Shown piece by piece: positions 1 to 12,770 of a stretch of DNA of 64,000 nt. The position numbers were made by a program, and so were the translations under genes. Below the pieces are notes generated by a model. That model was not told the DNA's origin. It did no database searches and was given only the letters and a program-made list of their open reading frames with translations. Numbering within the stretch: the stretch's first letter is position 1; the number at the start of each line of letters is the position of its first letter. The DNA comes from Laetmonice hystrix (taxonomy: Eukaryota): contig OZ249436.1 of assembly GCA_965235115.1 (NCBI GenBank), positions 33,108,001 through 33,172,000 on the forward strand, in the 5' to 3' direction.

Positions 1-391
1 TTATACCTAGACAAAAGGGCACTGCTAATAAACATTGCATGACATTCCCCATCACAGCAAATGCCTGTTTGTATAGTTTGAGTAAAAGTGGAGTCAAGGT
101 CTTTGCCAGTTGTGTCCTTCATCTTGGTTAATAACAAAGCCAATCTGCCTGGTCTAGCCTCATTAGGGTCGGGGATCAAATGCTATTCACTAACGTACAA
201 ATAAATGTGAAACTCTGCTTTGACCTTCCTTTAAGCGGTGCTGGGGATAGGAGGCATGCTTCCATCTAGTCTACCTTCCAGGCAGGTGAGGTCAGTGTCC
301 ATGCAGAGGTCTGTGGCCACACAAGAGGACCGGTAAGCGACCGGGGGGGGGGCCTCCTGTGTTAGGCGGGGAGGGGGAGAGGTTGACCTAC

Positions 392-558
392 CTGCCAGAC
401 GGGGGGCTCGTCGTAGGGCGAGTCGCTGCCGTAGACGGAGATGGCCCACTGTCCGTGCTTGACGCTGGCACAATGTTGGAAGGTGACGACCACCGGCTTC
501 TTGAGCGCGACTGTAGGTGGCCCGACCAGGATCACCGGACCCAGGACGGTCTGCATCT
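392..558 (-). CDS. unc5: UNC5 exon, ZU5 C-terminal part (EMQTVLGPVILVGPPTVALKKPVVVTFQHCASVKHGQWAISVYGSDSPYDEPPVWQ)
   Basis: 167 nt; acceptor ccgtttacag|AG, donor CAG|gtaggt; resembles UNC5 QTVLSPxVxCGP...KPVxLxxxHCA. Confidence 0.95.
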
Positions 559-1578
559 CTGTAAACGGTATAATCAGTGGGTCAATGGGTGAGGATGGAG
601 CTTGGAGCCGTTTCTGATACGTTTAACTATTCTATAGGGGGCAAACTACAGACGCCCTATACTGTGTCAAGTAGACCCTTTATCGATCAAACTTCTCAAA
701 AAGAGAAGGATATCGTGTCCCGGTGTGATGATTTGCCTATAATCAAATCAACACCATTACCAAAATCTACACTACCATTGTTACAGGTGTTAATATGCTG
801 TCTATTACTATATTCAATCAAACTAATTTATTTTACATCCGTTGTTCCCTTGACCTACAACTATAGGTACCCATATAATCATAGCACTTTCCACCATCCC
901 TTTCCCCCCATCCATTTAGAAATATTTCTTTTTTTTTGCGTTTTCAATGGATATGAATCTACCGTAGAATTCGCCGGATGATTCAATTCAGAACAATTCA
1001 CAATACTTTGGTTTTGGTACGTTAATACTCTGACCCCCACTCCCTCCCTGGTGGACGCGCAGTTCAAAGTGTTGGTCGATTAGACAGGAGAACTGAAGAA
1101 ATAGCCTTTCATCTGTGAAATCTAGTCTGACAGTCAGAACACCCAGCCACCTTTACAGAGTCCCTTACACAAACTCCCCCATGCCCACGGGGGTCTGTTT
1201 CCCTCCCAGCACATCGTAAAATCCACACCTGTTCCTTTGCGCAAGCATTTGATGCTATCAATAATATATTCACCCAATCCCTTGTGTTCAGATGTTCCCA
1301 TTTTCTCACTTTGATGCTGAATGACGATTGTGATGAATAATACCATCACCACAATCAACACTACACCAACACATAACTTGCAAAAAAAAATAAAAAAAAC
1401 ATTCAATGAAATGTTCATTGAATAAAATTTCATAGACTGAAAGGATGGACGTCCAAGAGCGAATGGTCATTATGCAGATTTTACGATTTTTAAAAGGTCC
1501 CTCCCCCCCTTCTATCTTTTTCCCGCCACTTTCATATGCACTAGGGGACCTTTTGTCGTATACTGGTGCCGAACTTAC

Positions 1579-1680
1579 CTGTAAGTTTTGGTCTATCCTT
1601 GTCGTCCCGGCAGACGGCCAGAAATATTTCCTCCGTCGTACCTTTCTTGATGGCACCTTCGGGAATAGTTACACTGACAC
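1579..1680 (-). CDS. unc5: UNC5 exon, ZU5 domain (GVSVTIPEGAIKKGTTEEIFLAVCRDDKDRPKLT)
   Basis: 102 nt; acceptor tgtgttccag|GT, donor ACA G|gtaagt; ZU5 GVSxxIPxGAI motif. Confidence 0.95.
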
Positions 1681-2231
1681 CTGGAACACACCAAGACAGT
1701 CTTCTATCAGTACTCCGTGATGAGGCATTCAATGAGAACATTGACATGAGGTACTGCATCCCGACTGTGATGAAGCATTTAATCACTTCATTTATATGAG
1801 GCACACACACAATACATCTGACCACTGTCACTGCACAGAAATATCTAATGGAATGCAGTCATAAAGCGAGCATACGTTAACTTTAACAACGTAAAACATA
1901 AGTGCCTATCATTTCAACCGTAGATTTATCTATCCGTTCTCAATCGTCCCACTTGGGAGGAGTATTCCACCTAATAAACAGCCTAACTGCCTGTAAATTT
2001 AGAAAACGGCGTCCTCAGTTTAATATACAAGCCCTCTGCTGGTACACTGACAAACGCGACGGTTTATTTGTGACGTACTTATAGGATGGCGAGTCGGGAA
2101 TAGATAGAGAAAGCCGGCCAGGTTCAGGTGGACCGAGCCCCAACGTTTCCATTACCATCGTCGTCTGAACCTTGGCGGGATGACCAGAAAATGGCCAATT
2201 GGCCGCATTGTGACACAACCCATCAGTGATC

Positions 2232-2247
2232 CCGCCCCCTAGTGGCC
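2232..2247 (-). promoter_or_regulatory. CTCF-like motif (GGCCACTAGGGGGCGG)
   Basis: Exact match to the core CC[AG]C[CT]AG[AG][GT]GGC[AG] with the TGG upstream flank; sequence match only. Confidence 0.5.
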
Positions 2248-4719
2248 ACTTCTTCCATCGATTTCTTCACCGAGTTCCAGACCGACCGGGCACGAGCAGA
2301 GCTCCATTTATTGTTTTACGAACGCGTAAACTGATTTGCGAAGTGAACCCTTTGCAGTCCACTGACAACTGCCTGGGGCTGATCTTGTTTGCGGAAATAT
2401 AAAAGTACTTAGAGCAAACGGTATATGTTTTGGTACGGAACTGCGGCTGAGACGCAGCCGACACTCAGCGCTGAATTCCGACAACCATTTACGTAAATAG
2501 TTCACCTGGGAACTCGAAGAGAATGATTCTTCGGAAATGGAAACTCACGACTCCCAGCACATGTAAATCAGTCGTTAAAATACTGACACTCATTTGACCT
2601 TGTAAAAAAGGTAAAATATGGATGTGAAGAGTTCTACGCCACCTGGATGATTATAATGATACCCAGCTGCTCTCTATAGACGAGGAATATAGATGTACAC
2701 AGCACGCGATATACACTCTACTTTAGTTATAACAGTTCCAGATTGTTCACACATGGCATTATAATTATAGCACTTCCATATCATTACCAACCTTCCTATA
2801 CAACTCCGCCAATTCCTGACATTTTATTTCAGAGTCCATATTATGCTGACACTATAGGCTCAAGAGAAATCAACGCTCCTGATTTCCAACTGACCGTTTT
2901 GGGATTTAATCGTGCGCTGATTAGTCGGAGATTCCGAATGACACTTTCGAATCATGTCTTAAATGTTGAGAGAGACTGTCCCATTGAAAGCTGCACTGCT
3001 GGTTCTGTAAAACACTCCCGCCTCGCCTCCTCACAGCCACAGCCACCACATCAATCACAACCACGGCCAAATCACTTAATCATTGGCCATATAGACCGAA
3101 CCAAACCTGCACTATTCCAACCCACAAATAACCATGTTTTACCGTATCCGAACACAAAGTAAACATGTTAAGCCTGCAAAACGATCGCAAACACGGCCTT
3201 ATGAGCTCATTAAGTATAAAACTTGGTCCATGGCAGTGGCGTTTTTCCCCCACTTGCGGCAGTGTTCAGGGCTCATTTTAAACCGTTATGATCCCATCAA
3301 TATTGATCAGCAAGCAAAAATCCATAGCTATGCCCACTGGGTAGTTAGGGGGGGGGCTGAAAATGCGTAAACGTCCGCTGGTAATTTACATCCATTTGAC
3401 GGTGGGTTAAATAGTGTAACGCTGCGATGAGGCGTGCAATAACCACTTGGGTTCTGCTCCATTGACCGGCGGCCAATTTCTAAAAGGTTATAAGATCGTA
3501 ACTTAAGCCTGCGTAAAGCAATGAGCGGAAATCTGGACCCACCCCACTGACTGAGTTGACTTTCTATAGTCGACCTTCAAGGGCATCAGCCTTGCAATGA
3601 CCAAAACGTAGGTTTTACCGTTCCAACAATGATTTATCTTTTTTTCGATGGAGGACGATTGACACAACTGTATACACCGTGTGTACAAGCTAAGACATCG
3701 ATCGTATACCATTCTACATTAAAATTTGTGGTCAGCAAATATCCCGGCAAAAACTAACCAAACTGCTGGGCTCTGTTAAGCTGTTCAATGCCGTAACTCA
3801 GTCATTTGTTATCAAAAACGTTATCAAAAACGTTGACTGAACCCCTCCCCTTATCACTTCAATCATTCCCCCACATCACATAGTTCCTCGCGGAATTTCA
3901 TCAATGCACTTGTCATTCCAAACATGACTGTCTCATTTCTGTTTCGATGTAATCCTCTTTGGTTGGCAACTAAAAATCAATCAATATTTCATGTTGTTTT
4001 ATTGAAATGACAAAGATAGGCCTTTAAATATTGACACGACCAAATTGTTTACTCCCTGCTACCATAGTTATTATAAAAGCAGATTTACGAAATAAAGCTG
4101 AGTGGCCCAAACTAAGCGGCCCGAGCTGAGCTGCCTGAGCTGAGCGACCCGAACTGAACAGGTGTAAGTTTTGTCCCTCCCTTTCACGCTCCCATCCAAG
4201 CTGTGATGATTTCCTGTCATCAAGTGACGCCACGGCTGTACCGGTAATTTGGTCCGTGCCACTGACAGTCTGAATGGCAGTTCAGGTGATGGGTCTGGAC
4301 ACCATGGCCACCAATTTCAGTTTGGCTTCTGTTTCTCTCTGCGGGAAGTCCTGCTTTGATGGAGCATTCCCATCGACTCGGATAGAATGATGCCAGGAAC
4401 GGGAGGACCAGAAAATCTACCAAGAGCAGTCATTTTTCCCACTTTGGAAAATGAAACACAACCTTTACTCCCAAACAAACTAACAGTAGCATGAGCAAAA
4501 TGCAGAAGTCTTCTCTACATTTATGCTGCTTTAGATTCAGCTTTTTTCAGACAGTGACATCTAAACTAGACCAAATCAAGACAATCAACACACCAGTGTA
4601 TCCAAAGTTACACATTGCTACCGTTATACAATAGGAGAAAACTGCTAAAAACACCACAACTGGCACAAGCCTTTCGATAAAGACATAAAGACTGTTACTG
4701 GACACTATTGCTTTGCCTG

Positions 4720-6413
4720 CGTTATAAACACGGTGCGCTTGGCTATACCTTATGTAAGTAAGATATTGACTGCTTGGCCACGTTATAAACACGACTGTTG
4801 GCACCATCAGCTTGGCTATACCTTATGTAAGTAAGATATTGACTGCTTGGCCATGTTATAAACACGACTGTTACATGGCACCATCAGCTTGGCTATACCT
4901 TATGTAAGTAAGATATTGACTGCTTGGCCACGTTATAAACACGACTGTTGGCACCATCAGCTTGGCTATACCTTATGTAAGTAAGATATTGACTGCTTGG
5001 CCATGTTATAAACACGACTGTTACATGGCACCATCAGCTTGGCTATACCTTATGTAAGTAAGATATTGACTGCTTGGCCACGTTATAAACACGACTGTTA
5101 CATGGCACCATCAGCTTGGCTATACCTTATGTAAGTAAGATATTGACTGCTTGGCCACGTTATAAACACGACTGTTGGCACCATCAGCTTGGCTATACCT
5201 TATGTAAGTAAGATATTGACTGCTTGGCCATGTTATAAACACGACTGTTACATGGCACCATCAGCTTGGCTATACCTTATGTAAGTAAGATTTTGACTGC
5301 TTGGCCACGTTATAAACATGACTGTTACATGGCACCATCAGCTTGGCTATACCTTATGTAAGTAAGATATTGACTGCTTGGCCATGTTATAAACATGACT
5401 GTTACATGGCACCATCAGCTTGGCTATACCTTATGTAAGTAAGATATTGACTGCTTGGCCACGTTATAAACACGACTGTTACATGGCACCATCAGCTTGG
5501 CTATACCTTATGTAAGTAAGATATTGACTGCTTGGCCACGTTATAAACACGACTGTTACATGGCACCATCAGCTTGGCTATACCTTATGTAAGTAAGATA
5601 TTGACTGCTTGGCCACGTTATAAACACTGTTACATGGCACCATCAGCTTGGCTATACCTTATGTAAGTAAGATATTGACTGCTTGGCCATGTTATAAACA
5701 CGACTGTTACATGGCACCATCAGCTTGGCTATACCTTATGTAAGTAAGATATTGACTGCTTGGCCATGTTATAAACACGACTGTTACATGGCACCATCAG
5801 CTTGGCTATACCTTATGTAAGTAAGATATTGACTGCTTGGCCATGTTATAAACACGACTGTTACATGGCACCATCAGCTTGGCTATACCTTATGTAAGTA
5901 AGATATTGACTGCTTGGCCACGTTAACACGACTGTTACATGGCACCATCAGCTTGGCTATACCTTATGTAAGTAAGATATTGACTGTTTGGCCACGTTAT
6001 AAACACTGTTACATGGCACCATCAGCTTGGCTATACCTTATGTAAGTAAGATATTGACTGCTTGGCCACGTTATAAACACGACTGTTACATGGCACCATC
6101 AGCTTGGCTATACCTTATGTAAGTAAGATATTGACTGCTTGGCCACGTTATAAACACGACTGTTACATGGCACCATCAGCTTGGCTATACCTTATGTAAG
6201 TAAGATATTGACTGCTTGGCCACGTTATAAACATGACTGTTACATGGCACCATCAGCTTGGCTATACCTTATGTAAGTAAGATATTGACTGCTTGGCCAC
6301 GTTATAAACACGACTGTTACATGGCACCATCAGCTTGGCTATACCTTATGTAAGTAAGATATTGACTGCTTGGCCACGTTATAAACACGACTGTTACATG
6401 GCACCATCAGCTT
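4720..6413. repeat. Tandem array, 73-77-bp unit, about 22 copies
   Basis: Unit gcttggctataccttatgtaagtaagatattgactgcttggccacgttataaacacgactgtt[acat]ggcaccatca; units start at 4737, 4810, 4887 and onward. Confidence 0.97.
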
Positions 6414-6514
6414 CCAGTGCCCTTTGTCTATGTCAGTACATGTCGCCGGATTGCCTGTATTAAAAATCGCCGACTGGTGATGTTTTCAGTGATGTCCTGA
6501 TACCGACCAATGTA

Positions 6515-6549
6515 GGTGGGGGGTGGGGTGGGGGTGGGGGGGGGGGGGG
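6515..6549 (+). other. G-run tract, potential G-quadruplex
   Basis: ggtggggggtggggtgggggtggggggggggggggg contains four or more G-tracts with 1-nt loops. Confidence 0.6.
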
Positions 6550-9089
6550 CTTGTCACGCCAACCAGGGTACGGGGTAACAATAGCCCATCCTTGTGACTC
6601 ATAGATACCCTAGTTGTTATCATCATCCCTATCGTGACGAGCCCACTGCCTATCCAAACTGCTCAATGGCCGCTTTTAGCTTTTAACTTGACATAGAACA
6701 AGTCTTTATTTAAATGTTTTTATCAGAAACATTGTGACCCATGAGTGCGGCTCTTATTTATTAGCAATTCTGTTTTCAACGGGGGTTAACAACGCTTCGT
6801 AATTCACCCAATCCTGTGCAGACCGACAATTGGACCGACGTTTGGACCGGCCCATGGACCGGCACGGAACATGTTCTAGCATTGACCCCCAAGCCATCAC
6901 CCGTTAAACTCGTAAACGTGACATCTTTCGTCGCCAGTCGTAACACAGGTGGCTGTTTACTGACAAGAGGAAACTCTAACATGCGGCCATGTTTCTGACC
7001 GTGAACTCTTTAAACGTACACTGCTGTGGCACGCAACAACTTTGTCCTTTAAATCCGACAAATTCTTGGTGCATGGAAGGGAATAGGACCTCAGGTAGTT
7101 TGCACTCGGTAGACCTCAGATCATGAGACTTAGCCTTCCATAACAAAACGTTTCTGTTGCCCCAAACAAAGCATCTCACGCTTGAAAATCCCACCTTTGT
7201 TACAAAGTATCTATCATCCCAGTTATAACTGTCAGAATTCTCACTCTAGGCACTCTGAAATTGAGTCTGGGAATTTCGCCAGGTCTATTTAACTTTCGAT
7301 CTGATAACAGTCCTTTTATACAAAAGTCAACAGATTTGGAGGACAACTTAATTTTTCCACACAAGCCAAAGTCCTTCTTCTAACACATCTCCTTGTCACG
7401 TCGCCAATCTCCATCGTTTCTCTTTTTTTAACAAAGATATACGTTAACGCACTACAGGGGAGTGCTGTTCTGCCATATCAAGCCCGAGGCTAAATCTTTT
7501 AAGCGCAGCAACAATTTTAGAGCCATCTGTACGTCAAACATGAACACTCTACCTCGACAATGGCATCCGTAAATTTGGCAGTAAAGTCCCATATCGGACT
7601 GAGCCTTTCCTACGCGTCCTTGTTTGAACGCAAGTAAGCCATCAGCGCAGGGTGAAGTAATCACCGGAATAATTTTTCCAGGGTGAAAAGTCAGAAGTGA
7701 AATACAACAACTTTCCTCCAGGTAGTGGGTAATTTACGGGTGAAATGTTTGCCCGCTGGCCCTGTATTTCACCACACGTTGCTGTAATCACACAATAAGT
7801 GCTGGTGCTATGGTAGAATGGGCGGACCGCCAGAACAGGGTGCAAACAATTTCAGGTCAAAATCGGCCAATTTGGCCTACATTCTACAGTGTAAAAGATC
7901 TTTACTTATGTTGGGCTTTACTCCTAAAGTAGTTGAACGGCAGTTAAAAGACCACACAATGAGATGCTTTAAGAGCTAAGAAACTGAGCCCAACGTTTCC
8001 ACAAGGCTTTGCCACTTGATGTGACTTCCTCTGGTATGGTATCCCTGATGTAAAAAAAAGTTAAAACAACGATAAACAAAACAATTTGACGGAAAGATTC
8101 AGCCATGATAATAGCTGACCTACATTACTGTATGTATTATTCACCTTAACTGCAGCTGTTTAATATTTAATATTGAAGACCCCCTTCCCCACCTCCTCGT
8201 GCCGAAACTCCATGTTTCCGAGTCCTATCTACTCTCTTATTCCATTCCTTCATTTTAAACCCTGAGCCTAGTGGCCCATTTCATGCCTACATGCCACATA
8301 CTAACTTGGAAACACTCTAATCTATCTTTTAACAGATCTACATCAAAGGCCCCGTTACCTGTTTGTAATTCCCAGGATTTCGTCCTACATGTTTGATGCC
8401 AGTAGTTCACGTCATCAATAACTGAACATCCTGGTCAGATATAACGCCGCCTCCAATTGCCTCAATACGCCGACCGACATAATGTCCTCTACATTGATCA
8501 TTATACACTCCCACTCACACATCTATCACTGTCCTTGGCTCGGAATCCAACTCTTTTAATTCTATAACGAGTTGAATTTGAAATGTGAATAGACCTGTTT
8601 GTTTAGGATGACTTTCACTAAATGAATTGCCATCGGAGCTCGCAGTGAACAAAAACCCCCAGCGAACACTGCCATATTTAAATTACCTTCGGTTACGCAT
8701 GTTACGACTGCCTGGCCCTCAATAACGTCATGTCAACTGCCTTGCAATGCTACCTGGTTACTTCCTGTAGCCGGCTCAGATTAAACAATGAGCAAACCGG
8801 TAATGGAAAGTAATCGGATGAAAACTGCCAAAGTTGAACGCTTACCATCACCATCCCCCTTCCCCTCCCCATCACCCCCTTCCCCTCCCCCATCACCAAG
8901 CCATGCACTCCAAAACCTTTCAAACTAGTACTTTTACACTTGCCCCCCCCCCCCCCCCCCCCCCACGTCCTCCGAGACAAAAGCCATTAAAAATTCTACA
9001 ATTACATGGAATGACATTCTTAGTGTTCAGGTAGAATTCAATTATTGGTGGGTGCCGTGCGGTAGGCGGGCGGTGCGGCAGACACTCAC

Positions 9090-9476
9090 CTGCGTCAGGG
9101 AGCGTGACCCGGCCGCCGGCGTGAGTGACGGTGGCCCAGACGAACGCCTCATGGTCGATGTTGTTGGGGAGGTGACACGAGATCAACGACTGCCGGTTGG
9201 TCGGTTCCGAGTAGATTGACTGAGGCCGAGACTCGCACTCGGAAGATTTCAGCGACGCCTTCGAGTCGGACTTCCTCGGGAGGTAAGGGTTGGAGGAGGA
9301 TTTGAGCGGCGAGCTTGGATCGATGAGGAGGTTGGAAGGTTTGGGTGGTCCGATGGCCGAGTAGACGGGCACCTTCTCCATGGACCCCAGGTGGTTGTTG
9401 TTGGGCGTGTCGAGGGCGTTGTGGTTCTGGATGGTCACCACCGTTTGGGTCAAGTCAGGCTGAGCTGATAACACTT
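9090..9476 (-). CDS. unc5: UNC5 exon, cytoplasmic linker and start of ZU5 (EVLSAQPDLTQ...AFVWATVTHAGGRVTLPDA)
   Basis: 387 nt; phase-1 acceptor gatctctttccag|AA, donor GCA G|gtgagt; PDLT motif and GGRxTL start of ZU5. Confidence 0.92.
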
Positions 9477-10315
9477 CTGGAAAGAGATCAGTCGGTACAC
9501 TGTCAATAAACACGACTTGTCGATGGCCACAACATTTAAGTGACGCGCACAGAAAGATATAAGTAAAATCAGACTGAAAAATTTGTTAAAAAGAAGCTAA
9601 CAGTAACTGAACATAACCTTTGGTTTTCATTGGCACGCCAATAGGAATAAGCAAGAGAGACAAAACAAAATTATAGATTGAATTTCAATTCAAAAGTTAA
9701 CGTTTAATCCTATCCCTTCACGTTTTTCTAGAACAGCTGATAGATCACGCAACAAGTTGTCATGAAATGTCACTTCAATTTCATTTTCAACAACAAAAAA
9801 TTAAAACTTAAAACAGAATTAACGTTGTGACTATGCACAGGTCGATCCTCTTTGTGTAACCCGACCTTGAGATTTCAAATAATTCTGACAGGTTGTCAAC
9901 TGTGCGGTAAATAGACCGGCGTCCACTACTTTCTTTGTTATTCATCGGAGAACCTTCCAACTCCAAACATGCCAAGTCTGCCCAGTATATCAACCTCAAA
10001 CTACGACCGAATCCAGCTTTTGTCGGGGTTAAAGACAACAATACAGATATATTACCGTCTGAAAGCTACTGCTTCTATAAATATCATACTCTGTAATGAG
10101 TAAAAGTCTTAAAATTTCTGAAAATACCGTAAATAAAACACACTACTACTTCCCGACACATCACAATGTTGGGCTCAACGGTGAACTTTACACGTGGTAA
10201 AATATTTATACATGTAATGTTAACAAGGAACGGACGTATCATACGGATTGTTTTCTCAGAATCAAACCTACTACTTTGAACAACATCCAAGGTTAAAGAC
10301 AGGTGGGTTTCTTAC

Positions 10316-10351
10316 CTTGGCCCCCTTTGTTTAATTTTTTGTCATCGTTTG
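10316..10351 (-). CDS. unc5: Candidate 36-nt microexon, cytoplasmic juxtamembrane (ANDDKKLNKGGQ)
   Basis: Acceptor ctctttttatttcag|CA and donor CAA G|gtaaga are both near consensus; phase 1-1, stop-free. Confidence 0.7.
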
Positions 10352-12406
10352 CTGAAATAAAAAGAGAATGAAAATCAATATATGCAAAACCCTGAAATTT
10401 AATTTCCCATTACATCGACACAAAAGAGCATGCTATGCCCAGATGTTGCACAGAGTCCCACTTTAATGAATGACCACTGTTTGGCAAGATCACCTGGCAA
10501 AATGTACCCACCGTAAACATGGCCATTTGTTGCCATCTCTCTTAATAAAGTTAACGGCATTTATAGTGTCTATAATATACTCCTGCGACAAATGAAATAA
10601 GGTTAAGGCAGACTTTTAATATGTGAGAAAAGAACAATGTCAACAGAACATATGATTTCAAAAAACATTTTCAAGATTCAAACATAACAGTGGGCGAACG
10701 ATGGTTATAGTTCAGTTAAGGCGATAAAAGTGAAAGTTTGCACGGTACCAGTCAGCTCAGCGACTGCAGTGTGAACTATCACTTAATGACTGCATCTGAT
10801 GAGCTCCATACTGAATTCCAAACAATGACTCATTGTCTTACGACTGGTTCATCATGGCCCTATCATTGTTTTCTGCCCACAGATCATTACCAAAACTTTT
10901 TTTTCAAGCTCTTTTGTTTGGTATATGTCAGACCGTGGCCAGACCCAATTCTGACGACAGTGACATGATACACCTACTGGGACAAAGGATCTATGACAAC
11001 ATAAGCAAGATAATGAACCGGCATGAACAAAAATACAACAGAAAAAAGTCAATGCTGTGTCCTATAGGGTCAGCAACTCTGTGCTGTGCTGATATTACCA
11101 TTTGGGTGTTTCTAATGGTGACAATACACTGGACATGTCTCCATGCAGAGCAAGTCTACCTGACTGGTGAAATGATATCATCAATGTAGATCAAACAATG
11201 GAAAATAATTTAAATGTTACGATATCATCTCCACATAGAAATGCTATAAATTGTCACAGCCAGCTAAAAGAAATGCCCCAGGGTCGAAAAATAAGACATT
11301 GTCATCAAATAGAATAACAATTGAGGTGCCCCCCCCCCCCCTTAAACAACAAGCCGGCATATGCCTGTGTTTACGTTAAGATAAGCAATCTCTCCTGCTG
11401 CCACTCGATTAGTAATTATCCCTGAAGAATAAATCATCCACATCCTATCTGCCAATTAAAGTCTACAATCAACGACCCTTTGTACATGCAAGGTCAGACC
11501 GAGTTCACTGCTATATTCATACACCATATCCAGTTATTAACCGGCAATCAGTGCCCCACCAGGGCAGAGATATTCGTCTGGGATTAACAAGACAGTGAGG
11601 ACGAGGAGGGGGTGGGGGAAATGTTGTGGTTGTCTGCCAGGGCTGCAGACACATCAAGTTACGGGTAATGTGGGTGGAGGCCAAGCAGGGGTCTGCTAGG
11701 ATCAGTGAAAGAAATAACGGTCTGGGCATCATGTGGCCGTGACTCCCGACACTGAATGGTTCCGCTGTGTAAGACCTGAGCATGGAGGGGGTACTGGACA
11801 CCTGAGGCGGGCCAGCACAGGGGCAGCTCCCGACCTGCACCCCTGGAGGCACCGCCTGTCAGGGGCTGACTGCAGGTCTCAGGTGTTGTGTGTGATCATC
11901 ACCTGTGGACGTCAATCTCAGGTGGGCTTTGTGTTTTCCCCAACAACAGACCTCACATCTGAGCTCCCTCCGTGGAGAATGCGCTGATGGATGCCGACCC
12001 TGGGTATTGTGAATGATCCCACCCTTCCTAGTGCAACCCCGTCTTCTTCCTCTCAACGCCTTCCATCCCAGACCACAACATTGTTCTAGCTCACAATTCT
12101 TGCCAATGCAATGGAATCTTACATTGCGGCAAGGAAGTTGCGTGGCAGAAAACAATGCATTCTTGGCATTTAATAAAAGTCAACTAGCTCCAGACCCACA
12201 GCTCCGCTACAATTGTTTTAATATCACCTCTCGTCAAACAATCTAGCGCTTAGTGCCTTAACCGGTAATTACAAACTTTTTGGTGCGACCTTCACAAAAA
12301 TAAAGCATGCAGATTAAAGTTCTCAAACTAAAACAAAAGTACAAATAAGCAGATAAGAACGTGAGCGGGAAGAAGAAGAGAAGAATGTCAGTGTTTGAGG
12401 TCTCAC

Positions 12407-12529
12407 CTCGGTTACGGCCTTTCCTCCTCAGTAAGAAGACGATAACGATAACGACTGTGATGAAGACGGCGATGGCGACGATCAGACCGACGTACATGGC
12501 GATGTTCTCCTCCTCAACCTCGTGGGCAA
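12407..12529 (-). CDS. unc5: UNC5 exon, transmembrane helix (VAHEVEEENIAMYVGLIVAIAVFITVVIVIVFLLRRKGRNR)
   Basis: 123 nt; acceptor ctttctcccgtag|TT, donor CGA G|gtgaga; hydrophobic run starting YVGL followed by basic RRKGR stop-transfer residues. Confidence 0.95.
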
Positions 12530-12557
12530 CTACGGGAGAAAGGACAAGTCATAGGTA

Positions 12558-12770
12558 TTAAAACTGGGCAACATTAAGACAATGAGAAACAAGTCGGGCA
12601 ACTTAAAACTGGGAAAATATGAGGTCAAGACAATGAGAAACAACAAGTCGGGCAACTTAAAACTGGGAAAATATGAGGCCAAGACAATGAGAAACAACAA
12701 GTCGGGCAACTTAAAACTGGGAAAATATCAGGCCAAGACAATGAGGGGCAACTTGTTAAAACTGGGCAAC
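12558..12770. repeat. 54-bp tandem repeat, about 3.5 copies, next to the TM-exon acceptor
   Basis: ctgggaaaata recurs at 12609, 12663 and 12717; this explains the repetitive ORF at 12582-12773. Confidence 0.93.

Noticed and set aside
1718-1820. C/D-box-like words (GTGATGA ... CTGA)
   Set aside because: Antisense to the host gene and no terminal stem.
4720-6413. Possible CRISPR-like array (also 28094-28945 and 16321-16757)
   Set aside because: Units are contiguous with no unique spacers, there are no cas genes, and the context is an animal intron.
9477-9513. ORF extension MFIDSVPTDLFP and upstream acceptor ttgacag
   Set aside because: That acceptor is phase 2 and incompatible with the phase-1 upstream donors; the ctttccag acceptor at 9476 fits.
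10056-10058. 3-nt AG|ACG|GTAAT micro-exon pattern
   Set aside because: Weak pyrimidine tract, and such short patterns arise by chance.
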